DNA of 64,000 bases from Rhodosorus marinus CCMP1338 (Eukaryota > Plantae > Rhodophyta). The stretch is from the NCBI GenBank assembly GCA_029953675.1, contig JAMWBK010000009.1:1612001-1676000 (forward strand), written 5' to 3'. Numbering within the stretch: the first letter of the stretch is position 1; the number at the start of each line of letters is the position of its first letter. A model generated the notes under the pieces. The model did not search any database. It worked only from the letters and a program-made list of their open reading frames with translations, and was not told where the DNA came from. Positions 49,620 through 62,022 of the stretch are shown piece by piece. The position numbers and the translations under genes are program-made.

Positions 49620-50371
49620 CTATTGAGATAACAGCTCGAGCAACGCAAGTACTTCGTAGCTACTGCTGCATCGCGTCCGGGTTTGCTGGTTTTGAGCTCT
49701 CAGTTGCTGGCTTCGTAGGGGCGGTTTTTGATGGCGGGGTTGGCTTCGGGTCTGTTCCAGGCTTTTCTACTTGTTTTGGAGGTGCCTTGCTCTCCACCTG
49801 TTGGGTTATACAGGCCAATTCTCTTAGAGGCTCTGTATCGCAGTGTGTTGTATTCTGGAATTATGCTGAATCACCTTAAGTTGATAGTTTTGAGATGTCA
49901 GCTGATGCTTCTCTGGGGGCAGCTGGATACCGACCTTATCCTCCAGCGGAGGCAGAGGAATTGAGTTCCTTTCCCGCCCCAATTGCAATAAGACTTCCCT
50001 ACATCATCATTGTTCGTGGGTTTAGGAAACGCATATTCAGTTAGGGCAAAATTTTTCATTGCAACGTTTAAGGGAGAAGTCTGGGCCCACCTTGATGGTG
50101 GCTGCGTGAATGAATAACTTATTCGTGACTGAATTGAAAGTCGGACATCCTCTATACCGAGCTCTTTCTTCCCCGCATACTCGCAATACCCCCGGGCCTC
50201 GTCAATAATTTCACGCACATACCGATACAATAACTCCATCAGTTGGTTAACAACCCGATCCTCATACGACTCAACACCCATCGCCTTCAAAATCGCCGCC
50301 ATCACTTGAGCATCCTTAGGCACATCGTTCCCAAGAGCACTAGAATCGCCCGGACCTTCCTCACCAGACAT
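49620..50371 (-). CDS. TAF9: TFIID subunit 9 (histone-fold TAF); 3' end approximate
   Basis: ATG at 50371; PKDAQVMAAILKAMGVESYEDRVVNQLMELLYRYVREIIDEA..Y..YAGKKELGIEDVRLSI..SFTQPPSR; RNSIPLP..GIQLPPEKHQLTSQNYQL. Confidence 0.9.
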
Positions 50372-51527
50372 TGTTTTCTTCTCGCGTGTAGAAAATCCAC
50401 GCAGATGATTAGAATCTATCTGGAAAGTTGTCTCATGAAATACCGTTGGTCTGCTTCTAAAATTCCAGACGTACACACACACAGCCTTCGAGCTCGTCTT
50501 CCCTTACCAATTGTTCGTTGCTGACTGTCGTATTCCAACACTCCTTTTTGCTTGTAGCTTGTTCACAACAGGCTAAGGGCTTCCCGGGGAGGGAGTAGTT
50601 GTTGGGAAAGAGTTGGATTGGCTTTAAGAACAAACGACGGCCGATAATTTGATTTTTATCTTGGACATTGGAACTGGAGTATCATTGTCCCCGTCAGCCG
50701 GATCGTTCTCACCAACCGCGTTTCTCTAGGGCCTTTGAGTTTGAAGCTGTCGGTCGGAGCAGAAGGATGCGGCCCATGGATAAAGGAAGCGTTTAGGCGT
50801 ATAGTGCTTTCCATCCTGAGCATTAGAAATGTCGCATTGTTTGCTCTGGCCAATCCGATCGTCCTCGCCAAGCAGCAACAGCGATGGTGTTTGGTATATG
50901 TTGATGGCAGAAGAGTTTTCCGGAAATTCTGGGAGGGTGCGGTGTTGGGTGGTGCAGTGTTCGTCTTTTCACGAAGCGGAGAGTTTAGTCTTACGAGGAT
51001 CTTAATTTGAAAAATGGAAATTCTGGGCGCTCGTCTCTCCCTACCCCAACTTAGCAGCTGCTTATTGATCAGTGGAGAATATTTGAGAATGGTTGTGCTG
51101 GGTCACCGCGATTCACCCCTGTGGACATCGTTGAAGAAGTCCAGCAAGCACCTCAATTTAATAGAACGAACGACATCTGTTCGGGTGAAAAAGGAAAAAA
51201 GAATTCTTGAGCGTATCTTTCTCCTCATGCTTGCTGAGGAACCGAAGCCATTGACCTTGCCCGCGCTCTCAAAGCCCTGTTCCGAGCGTTCCCATTGACA
51301 TAGGGCTATTTGTGCGAGTTTCCACGATTCTTCTCTGGTTTTTTTTCTCAAGGTTTGCATATGTGGTGTATCCCTCCACTCTACGGTAGCTCTATTTCTT
51401 CAAGAATCAGCCATTCCGCGGACACAATTACCTCCCAGAGGTTCCGGAAGCGCCTATCACCGCCTCCCGAGCTATATTGAGAGTCCAGGAAGTCCGCTGC
51501 ACCAGTGCACAGCAAGCGTTGGGAACC

Positions 51528-52811
<1,284 letters not shown>

Positions 52812-53599
52812 TCTCAAAGCTAATCCCTGAATCCGATGCTACAACCGTCACCGTCAATCACAATAGAAGAAGAACAAAGAAGAAATCTTGTATCCCCCTA
52901 GATCACAGTCGCTCTTCCTCCTCACCCTCCCCCTTCTTTTCCTCACAGACACATCCCCTGTACAACACATTGGCATCCACAGAACAGGCTCGTCAACCCA
53001 AACACTGCCCACCCCACTCCCCCACCTCTCTCCCGCCCCGAGCAAAAAAAGAAATAAAAGTTTCTACATCTGACTCTGTAACACGCACCGTGACGAGACC
53101 GATCCGAAATCAAAGCATCAGATCGTCAATACTTTCGTACTTTCCATTCCGACCGTCGCTTTGAAAAATAAAATAAAATTCCAAGGCATAAGAAACCGCT
53201 CCTCCCAAACAAAAATTACAACTTGCGGATCGGGGTTTACCATTTAATGATTGAATACGTGGATAATCCACTTTAATTGGTGAATACTATGTATTGACTG
53301 AATAATCCTTTTTTTAATCCCATAGGAAATGCTTTTGCGATCTCGTTGGGGTTCGTGTTCTTAAACACCAATCCACACACATTTAGTTGTGATTGCTAAG
53401 TTTTTCGATTGTACACTAGTACTTTCTTTCAATTTGGTTGTTTTTGATTTGTTGGGGCCGGTGAGGGAGGTGTTTGGGTAAGTTGTGGATACTGTTGAGC
53501 CGCCGCAGTTTGAAATTGCGCTTGGAATCAAGCAGACTCAACTCAAAGAGTTATCAAGAGTTAGTTCATTCGCGGCACTGTCTTGTCGAGGTTTAGTAC

Positions 53600-55400
53600 A
53601 ACACTGGAGCACATCTTGATCAAGTCACAGTTTCAGGATAAGGAACTGCGCAACAACAAAAAACGGCAACCGCCTGGGGAGAAAGCGCCCCGACGGAAAC
53701 CTAAGATCTGGTGCTGATAAATTTTCTCGAGGGCCCATCGTAATTTGCAGATCCTCAGTGGTTAATACTAGGACTTGGTTGTTGCGATTTGAAAATTAGC
53801 TAAACGCCATGACTTCTCAACTCAGGATTCGTGCGGTGGGGGGCTTGATGAATAGAGTAACGTCTCAAACACACGACTGCGTTTGGCGAAGACTGTCATT
53901 CAGTGGCCTCTGAACCTGTGACTCAGTGCGTGCAATCGAAAACTTGCTATAGGGGTTCCAACCCTGGTACGGCTGAATTGAAGAAGGCCATTCCCACGAC
54001 CGGTCGCGGAGGTAGATAGGCATTCTGCGTTTGCGAACAATCTTCTTCAGTCGTTGCGAAAGGACCCGTATCTTTTAAAACTGAACTGCAAAAAGCTTTG
54101 AAGGTTTGGTCGCGCTGTCTCGGCCTGCCAGGAATACAGGGAGCGGCCTTTGTGCAGATGAATGCTGCAGGGTTTTTTGTTCACCTCGTAGAGCTACAAG
54201 ACAGGGGAAACTCCTGACACTGCACAACGCAAGGCAAGGATTCGCAGGATGACCCGCTAACCTGGTTCATTGCAGTAGTAGATTGAATAAACAAAGCTAA
54301 GAATAAATCGACCGCCTGCGCGCTCTAGATGTTTGAGCTAAAAAACCAGACAAGAGTAAAATTGTTCCCCACCCTGCACGCTGGATCTTTGTCTATCTCG
54401 TTCAGCTACCCAATCTCTTTGAAAGGCTTCAGCACCCAGCGCAAAATTATGAAATACTAAGCCTGCGTTCCATAGCCGGCACCGGTCTTAGGATTACAGT
54501 CAATTAAGAAAGTCCTTGCCATCGCACCGACGAGATCCTTACCCCAATTGACTCTCTCCACTTGCAATAAGCAGCCACAATCCACTAGTAATGGAAGGAA
54601 AATCTGAAATATACCCTTTCTGTTTACTCGTGGCGACGTCTGTCTGCGTTATATCTCCAGGCAAAAGGGTTTGCAAAGATCGGTATGGAGATTTCCAAAC
54701 TTGCTAGCAAATTTGAGTGTCATCGGCAGAGAGTATATAAATTGATCGTCCCCAAAACTATGTAGCACCATATCCTATCCCGACGGAACAAAAACTATGT
54801 CAATTCAAGCTCAAAGTTGTTAGGAAACTACGCCCCAATCAGTTTATAAAAGCTTCTAGCCGTTTGATTGGGCAGGATTGTTTAGGATCTTTCTGAAATC
54901 CAATGAAAAGCTTTGAAATACGAGATTAATGAAGATCATGCTCTAGTCCAATAATTTTCAATTAGTGTGTTATTTATGGTGTAATTCTCATAATAAAGTC
55001 CAATTAATAATTTCCCGTAGAGAATTCCACCATACAGAATTCGTTTTCGGTTTCAGACACTATCGCCGCCCTGAAGTTTGCTAGTACGGGGTAGACGACA
55101 AAAATCAGAACAACCTGATACAAGTTGCGTATCCTGTATTATATTTTTGCCAATACTAACTTCTTGGCTTTTGCTGATTTTGTCCGTTTGTCCGTAAGGG
55201 GGGTAAATCCGACGTATTTTCCGCTTGCGCGTCACTGAAATTGAATCTTCGCTTTTCCCACTACAAAACAAAAGCGCGGTAGAAGAATCTACTGTTTTCT
55301 CTAAATAAGTTTTCCGTATAGATGTCCCTGCAAAACTTTCGCTTTCCAATCGAGGGGTAATGTTGACTATGAGATGGAACGTTTTCGTATTCGAGTACAA
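53600..55400 (-). mobile_element. Heavily decayed LINE (non-LTR) reverse transcriptase relic
   Basis: Broken RT motifs in correct order on the minus strand: MIFINL..KAF (about 54900-54940), ILSADDTQI (about 54710-54735), LEI/NAD across a frameshift (about 54640-54665), VERV..K.L. Many stops and frameshifts. Confidence 0.45.
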
Positions 55401-56487
55401 AATTGGACTATATTTCAATTTGCGAGCGAAGACATCAGTCCCAATGACTTTCTTCCCCCTCCCCCCCCTGAGAACGTTCGGAATGGCAGCTCCCCTTGAA
55501 TCACTTTAAAAATTATAGGTTGAACGAAAAACCGTCGAAAACAAGAAACAAAAATCTTTCATTATTCCTAAATACGGACACGGAGATAATTGGAGATGCC
55601 AAGATAGATGAACAGCCCTTTTTTCAATCAAGAAAGGATCTTGGTTGGATTAAAAATCGCTCTGCTCAAAAAAATCAGTTCATATTCAATCTCTTCCTGC
55701 AATTTTTTTTCTTGGCCAATCAAGTACAAAAGTTCTGTCTGCATTATAAATTTTAACGATAAGACAATTTTCCAGGCGGCCGCGAAATATAGAATCACAA
55801 AATAAAAACACGGTCCCATGAGATGGTGTAAGTTTTACCATTTTACAAGTTCTTAAAATATTGAATGATGGGAAATTTATAACTGTGTTGGGGTTCCATT
55901 GTGTGGAAGGATAAAGAAGGCAATATTATTTCCTGAATGTAGGAAGACGGTGGTTTTGGTGGGGTTCAGTTAGCATGCTAGGTTTTCTTGGGGTTGGGAA
56001 GGGGGGTTGTCTTGCAGTCTCTTGGTATATAATTGAGTGTATCTGAAAAGGCGTGGAACTTTGGACTATGAATCCTATAGGTGAACCTTTTAGGCAAGGA
56101 CGAGGGGAGGGAGGGAGGAATGTGGGCGGAGAGCGGATGTGGTGTGAGGGTGGTGTTGAAGCGTTGGGTGTAGTGGGCTTTTGTGTGTGGTTTGGGATTC
56201 CACTGCTCTTCGGAAGGTATTGAGGCGCAGGAGTTTGCAAATAATTTTTTGTGAGTGTGATAGTTTGTTTCGAGGAGAATGGCGAAGAGAAAGAGGAGTT
56301 GATGGGGGTTTTCAGGGTTTTCAGGTCGGGGAAATACTTATTATTGAGACGCTTGTGGTTGCCGTCTGAATAGCAGCAGCGCTTGCTTTATTTTTTTTTG
56401 TGTGGGGGGGAGTGCGTGTCTTCGAGTTGGCTAGGCTTTAGGAAGGTATATATTGGGACTTGATTTCTTCGGGGAAAGTTTGGAAAG

Positions 56488-57946
56488 ATGGAGGTTTTGA
56501 GGTCTGCAGCATTTGTACCGTCGAGTGCCCGTGTTTTGAGAAGAAAAGGTCGCGTGACTTGTACTGTCTACGAACCCACGAGACATTCTCGAGCAAAGGT
56601 GTTGGTAAGTTGGACGTGTGCTCAGGTGTTTCGTCAACAAACTTGTTTAGAAGAGCGTATTTTATTTTGTGACCGAATGCTGACTTTCCATGGCTTGAAC
56701 TGATTCCTTCAGGTGAGCAATCTTTCTGCTAGCGCGCGGACTTTGTTCTCTCCTCCTCAAAACCCGGCACAACATGCCCCGACTGATGACAAGCAGATGC
56801 TGTTGAAGTTGTTCAAGCAGCTCGCGCTGCTCGGCAAAATATTCAGCGTAATAATTGTGCTAATGGCTAGCATCGCTGTGGTCAGTTTGGCAAGGGTAAG
56901 AGGCGTGGCAGAAGAAGTTATTCTGTTAAACCCTGGACTAACTTTGTGAGGATATTGTATGTAACCAGACGCAGGCAGTTTTTGTCTTTACCGTAGTCGC
57001 GGCAGTATGCGGTGTGTTCGCGCTTCATGTTGTGTACCAACACGTCGAGTTCATGATGTGTTCGGTTGCTGCGAATGTGTTAACCCCGCCAGTTGCACCT
57101 GTCAATCGTAGACCGAAGAGAATCTTTTTGGTGCGCCATGGAGAGTCCGAGGGGAACGTGGATAGGAATCTCTACCGAGTTTTACCGGACAACAAGCTCG
57201 AGCTTACGGAGAAGGGGAAGAGGCAAGCCTTCGAAGCCGGCAAAAAGTTGAAGCAAGAGATTGGTGACGAGAACGTCCTGTTCTACGTGTCACCGTATGC
57301 ACGAACAAGGCAAACACTTGCTGAGATGCTTGAAGCGGGTGCCTTTCGTGACTATTCGGTAATGGAGAATCCCCATCTCCGAGAGCAGGAGTTTGGAAAT
57401 TTCCAGGATCCCAAGAAGTTTGATCACTACACGAGGGAGAGAGAGGCCTGCGGATGGTTTTACCATCGGATGCCTGGTATGTAGACTGTGTACCCTGCGG
57501 GCTTTGTGTTCTTTCGGAATTGTGTTTTCTGACCCAGCCCATTTTAATTGCACTTAACAGGGGGAGAGTCCGGGGCAGACTTGTATACAAGAGCACACTT
57601 GTTCCTGGAGACCATGTTTAAGGACGTGGATAGGTTCTCAGGGACGGATCAAGCCGTGGAGAACATAGTCATCGTCACCCACGGACTGACCATGAGGCTC
57701 ATTTGCATGAGGTACTTCGGATGGTCAGTGGAGTACATTCAACAAGTTAGACCTCCGTCCAATGCGGAGTCCTGGAAGTTTGAGAAAGCGGATGACGTGA
57801 CAGGATACGAACTTGCAACTGACGTGTCTCTTAGCAGTCCAGAGGCTGATCTGATTGCTCAAGACCCGAGCAACGCATGGGAAACACTCACTGAAAGGTG
57901 GCGAAAACGATTCTTTGAGAAGAAAATGAGTCCACGTCGAGCGTGA
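56488..57946 (+). CDS. Histidine phosphatase (phosphoglycerate-mutase-like, Det1/AT74 type) with transit-like N-terminus and two TM helices
   Basis: MEVLRSAAFVPSSARVLRRK; TM segments IFSVIIVLMASIAVVSLA and AVFVFTVVAAVCGVFAL; RPKRIFLVRHGESEGN, VSPYARTRQT, LREQEFGNFQ, GESGAD, IVIVTHGLTMR. Confidence 0.9.
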
Positions 57947-58416
57947 GGGGTTAACGACTGTTCTCTGGGGGAGCACCTAACTCAATTGTTAACAGTTTAG
58001 CGTCTCGACGTTTCGGGTCTTCAGTTTTCTCCATGAGGAGTTGTCATTTTAGGATAAGGAATGACTTGTAGCGTTGTATATATTTATGCCACCCACACCT
58101 ATGTATAGGGTTGCTTGTATTTTGCTTGCCTCTGGTATGGGGGCATCTACCGTTTCCCGTGCTGTTGTCATGGAAGAAGATTTTCAGGAGTAACGTATGT
58201 AGCGCAAGTTCAAATAGCAAGATGAGATTGAGATTTCTTATAAAGTACGAGCGATTTAAGCGTTGAACAATACCAGATGCCAAGAACAAGAAAATCATGC
58301 AGAATTCTATTTACAAATTCTCTCCGGAGCAGGTCACCTCGCCGCCTTCAGTTTCTCTGCTTGCTTGCTTGGAAGGATTCCCACCGCCCCAAAAAAGATA
58401 TTGGGGACTATTCACC

Positions 58417-60231
58417 TTAATCCTCATCATAGTCTCTCCCTGCACCGAATTTGAGGCTTTCCCTCAAGCGGTTGTGTTCGAACGTAGAAGACGACGAAGA
58501 AGATTCCGTGTCCGGCAATAGTCTATGTCTCACGTCGTAAATAGCAAGGGCTACATAGTGGACCCACCAGTCAAGCAACGGGGCCAAACCCACGTGATTT
58601 AGTATTTTCCAAACGAGGACGGGGTCTGTCATCATACCCGTTATCGCTCGTGTCAAGCCGGGAAACTGAATAACATCTTGAAGGAAAGGTCTTAAAGTGC
58701 TGTCACCCATGCGATCCATTGCCGAGAAGTTGGACCGAAGCACTTTGTTGATGATGTCTGGGTCGGCAACTTCGCGGTCTGCGGGTACGCTCATCGCCCG
58801 TTGGAACAACCACGTGACAGAAAGGGAAGGCATGTACGGACTCAAAAGCTTAAGAGAACCTTTGTCGAGTGCGTCATACTTCAGCGCCTCAGATACGGCA
58901 AGATCTATTCTCCTCAAATGTCTCAGCATTGCCCCAAATCCCCCGAAGCTCAGAGGAGACTGGATGCCGGAACTGTCACCAAACATCAGTAGGCGGTCAA
59001 ATTTCGTCCGCAGTGGAGAGTTCTTGTAGGTTGGAAAAGCGGCAAAGAGTGCTCTGATCGGTTCGATCTCGTGTATCTCCTTTCCTTGGTATTCTGGCAA
59101 CCAGTTCAGGTATGCGTCGTAGAATTCAGCTAGCGATGGGCGCTCCATGTTCGTGTCTAGGTATGAAAACATGTAGGTCGTCCGCAGATCAGAGGGACCG
59201 CCCTTCGAGCTCGAAGGAAACGCTTCCCAAAAGTATTGCAGGTTTCCCTCAATAGGTGTAAACGAGTAGAGAAGGTCTCCCTGATCGTTGGAAGGCCAAT
59301 CAGCCCTCGCACATGAGCCAACAACAAGGCAAACGCCTTCGGGAATTTCTCCAGCCCTCTGCTGTTGGACGATAGGCGAAAAGTTGCCCATGGCGTCTAC
59401 CAGCAGGCGAGCACGAAGTGCGACGGTCTCGGATGAGCTCTCACCCTCTGTGCCCGCTCCACCGCTCCCCAATGATCCGGAAGCACCGCTTTGTACTCTC
59501 AGGTTAACCTGGACCGCGTTGTGTCCTACTCTAGCGTTCTCAAAAAGATGTTCCTCAAGAAGCGTCCCTCCGAGGTCCTCCACGAATCTCGTACGGGCCT
59601 TCTCAAGCAACCATTTTGGACTAACTCCGCAGTTGAGAATATCTGAAATATGAATGTCATCCATGCCCTTGAAAGATACGCGCACAGGGTTAAACTCAGA
59701 TACTATAGCTTCCTCGATGTCTTCGCCTGTCAGCAGTCCCATCTCGATCAGAATCTTCATCTCCTTGCGCGATACGTTCCACTCCTGGTCTCTGCCAATA
59801 AGCCGTCCTCTCTCAACAACAGCTACACGGATACCTCGCTTCGCAAGCGCAAGAGCTAGAAAGATGCCCAGTGAGCCGCCGCATATTAGCACATCGAAAT
59901 CAATCTCTGCAAAATCCTCGGACGGGGTCTCGTCAATAACAGTTCTGACGTGCTCTTTGCCGGTTCTCATTCGCATTTTCAACCACATTTCATCAGCGCG
60001 CATCAATCCAGACAACGGGTCTCCTGGAGCCCTTCTCATGAAGTCTCTGACACGCTCCGAAACATTCCCGACTCCCTTTTTCCCCGGCGCTTCAACAACG
60101 GGCAAAGGATCATTCGCACTGGGTCTTTGAGCAGCCGTATAATAACGACCCCGACGAGCAGACCGTCCATTCCGGCAATGTGCCTTGGTCGGTCTCCCGC
60201 AACCTGCGACAAATTCGACTACAAACGCCAT
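58417..60231 (-). CDS. cruP: CruP/CruA-type FAD-dependent lycopene cyclase family protein, plastid-targeted, intronless (604 aa)
   Basis: MAFV transit peptide; ADEMW; FDVLICGGSLG..VAVVERG..GRDQEWNVSR; LLVDAMGNFSPI; GVCLVVGSCA; QYFWEAFP; RTTYMFSY; GDSSGIQSPLSFGGFGAMLRHL; PYMPSLSVTWLFQRAM. Confidence 0.85.
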   Translation of the reverse strand: MAFVVEFVAGCGRPTKAHCRNGRSARRGRYYTAAQRPSANDPLPVVEAPGKKGVGNVSERVRDFMRRAPGDPLSGLMRADEMWLKMRMRTGKEHVRTVIDETPSEDFAEIDFDVLICGGSLGIFLALALAKRGIRVAVVERGRLIGRDQEWNVSRKEMKILIEMGLLTGEDIEEAIVSEFNPVRVSFKGMDDIHISDILNCGVSPKWLLEKARTRFVEDLGGTLLEEHLFENARVGHNAVQVNLRVQSGASGSLGSGGAGTEGESSSETVALRARLLVDAMGNFSPIVQQQRAGEIPEGVCLVVGSCARADWPSNDQGDLLYSFTPIEGNLQYFWEAFPSSSKGGPSDLRTTYMFSYLDTNMERPSLAEFYDAYLNWLPEYQGKEIHEIEPIRALFAAFPTYKNSPLRTKFDRLLMFGDSSGIQSPLSFGGFGAMLRHLRRIDLAVSEALKYDALDKGSLKLLSPYMPSLSVTWLFQRAMSVPADREVADPDIINKVLRSNFSAMDRMGDSTLRPFLQDVIQFPGLTRAITGMMTDPVLVWKILNHVGLAPLLDWWVHYVALAIYDVRHRLLPDTESSSSSSTFEHNRLRESLKFGAGRDYDED

Positions 60232-61409
60232 CCTCTAGATTCAAAAAAGGGTTCAAGGCGCGATCTTTCCTCCCCCGCACTGAAAGACTCTTGCTTCGAA
60301 CATTTACACAAAGCCGCAAACAGGAGGCATGTCCCGCACTCATCGTCAATTATGATCAGCCTCTCCGCTGCAGTGTATTTATTACGCGCACTAATATGCG
60401 CATTATTTCTTTCACCGCAAAACCTTGCCCTGTGGTGCTTGGTACCAATGCTTCGATCCCTTCAGCTCGAGCAGGTGGTACGCCACACATATCCTCTTGT
60501 CTGGCAGCCACAGGCAGACCATTCGCACAGCTTCAGCGTGTCGTGATACAAATGTTAACAAATTATCAATATTTATGAAAACTATGCTGACTCTTGTCAC
60601 GTTGCAATATGAAAAGTTCGTCGATTCTTGGTATTGAGAGTACTTTTTTGAGCCTTTCGGTCCATTTAGCTTCACTATTCGATTTCGGAAATAAAATACT
60701 TGTGAGCAAATGATTGGCTATTAAAATAGTCGTCTTTGCAATATTACAAAAAAATATCTCGTGGTTGGATTTGTTGGTGTTGCTTTCAGAGGAGGTATCC
60801 CGTACTGATTGGTGCACAGGTATTGATTCATTTTGAAAAAATAGTAGCTTGCGCAACCTGTTTATGTGAAAGCCCAGCATCAGAAGCGCCCCGTCTGGAG
60901 TCTTCGCGCGGGTAAAAGGCGCCCACTCGATGAGGCCGGAGCACAGTCTCACGGGTCCAGTGAATGCCTTAGTTCAGCAGGGCGGTGTAGGGGTACATGG
61001 CTTACAACTGAGGACCTTTCAAAAGCACAGAACCTGCACTCTGCTACCAATCGTGCGAAGGGGAAGTGCCCGCTTTATAGGCCTCCTACCATGAAGGTAT
61101 TGATATGTCGTTGCCTAACCCGTCCTGCCAACTTCTGCTTATCCAAGAGAACTGAGCCATGAGTTCTGCTGGACAAAACGTCCAACAATGTTCAAATATT
61201 ACCGGGACAAACTCTCCGTTCCATACTTTAATTCCAGGAAGAAAGCTCTCAAAAAAGCGTAACGACCTCGGCTCTCACCACGGTGGCCAAGGACTGCGAA
61301 AATTGCACCTCTCCACCCGAACATTGTGAAAAGAGCTACGATGGAAGCATTTTGCAAATACGGTCATGCGTACAGAGACAATTGCTAGCTAAGGAAACAT
61401 TGTACACTC

Positions 61410-62022
61410 TTAGATCTCAGCCTCAGCCTTTGGCTCGCCTCCAGCATCTCCGCCGAGGCCATCGTCATTCTTCGCGTCCCAGAAGCTCAGCCCGGCAGAG
61501 ATAATGCCCAGCACAAAATTGACCCAGAAAAAGGCAATGACTGCATGGGCAAAAAAAACAATTCGCATCTTAGGACAAAGGCAGCAACAGAATAGAGCTA
61601 TTCAACATTGTCAAATCGTGTGCTTACCCGCATTCCAGTTGCTTTGGACAAGTGGTCTCACAGCAGATACAGAGATTCCGCCAATAAACCAGAAGATAAC
61701 CACGAGCACACACTGAGAGTAGAACTCAATCATGGCTGGGAAATGATAGTTAGTAAAGTAATCCATAATTGACCTGCGGAAGCAAACAGTAAACCATCAG
61801 CAATCAACGCATTCACGCCCACCCAGCGTTTGCAGAAAGAATTGTCACTTACCAGACCAGGAGCAAGGTCAAGGGAATGAAAGTAAGCACACCCCAAGCA
61901 ATTGCAAAGTTGACAATTGAGCTCCGGAGAGGTTCATTCGCAGCAATAGCAAAAATACAAATCGAAAAGATCCACTCAATGCCCAGTAGGGCAGTTCTGG
62001 AAATCGTCAACGGGGTAACCAT
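61410..62022 (-). CDS. MARVEL-like four-TM membrane protein, 3 exons
   Basis: Reconstructed MVTPLTISRTALLGIEWIFSICIFAIAA..VNFAIAWGVLTFIPLTLLLVWSIMDYF..IEFYSQCVLVVIFWFIGGISVSA..NAVIAFFWVNFVLGIISAGLSFW..EI*; both introns are GT-AG and phase-compatible. Confidence 0.8.

Noticed and set aside
19146-50371. TAF4 and TAF9 in the same window as a TFIID cluster
   Set aside because: They are about 26 kb apart with unrelated genes between; chance is sufficient without synteny data.
50735-51360. ORFs between TAF9 and fabG
   Set aside because: Short, overlapping on both strands, no motifs or convincing splice structure; not supportable as a CDS.
60350-61400. ORFs between cruP and the MARVEL gene
   Set aside because: No recognisable domain, frequent stops, no consistent strand.
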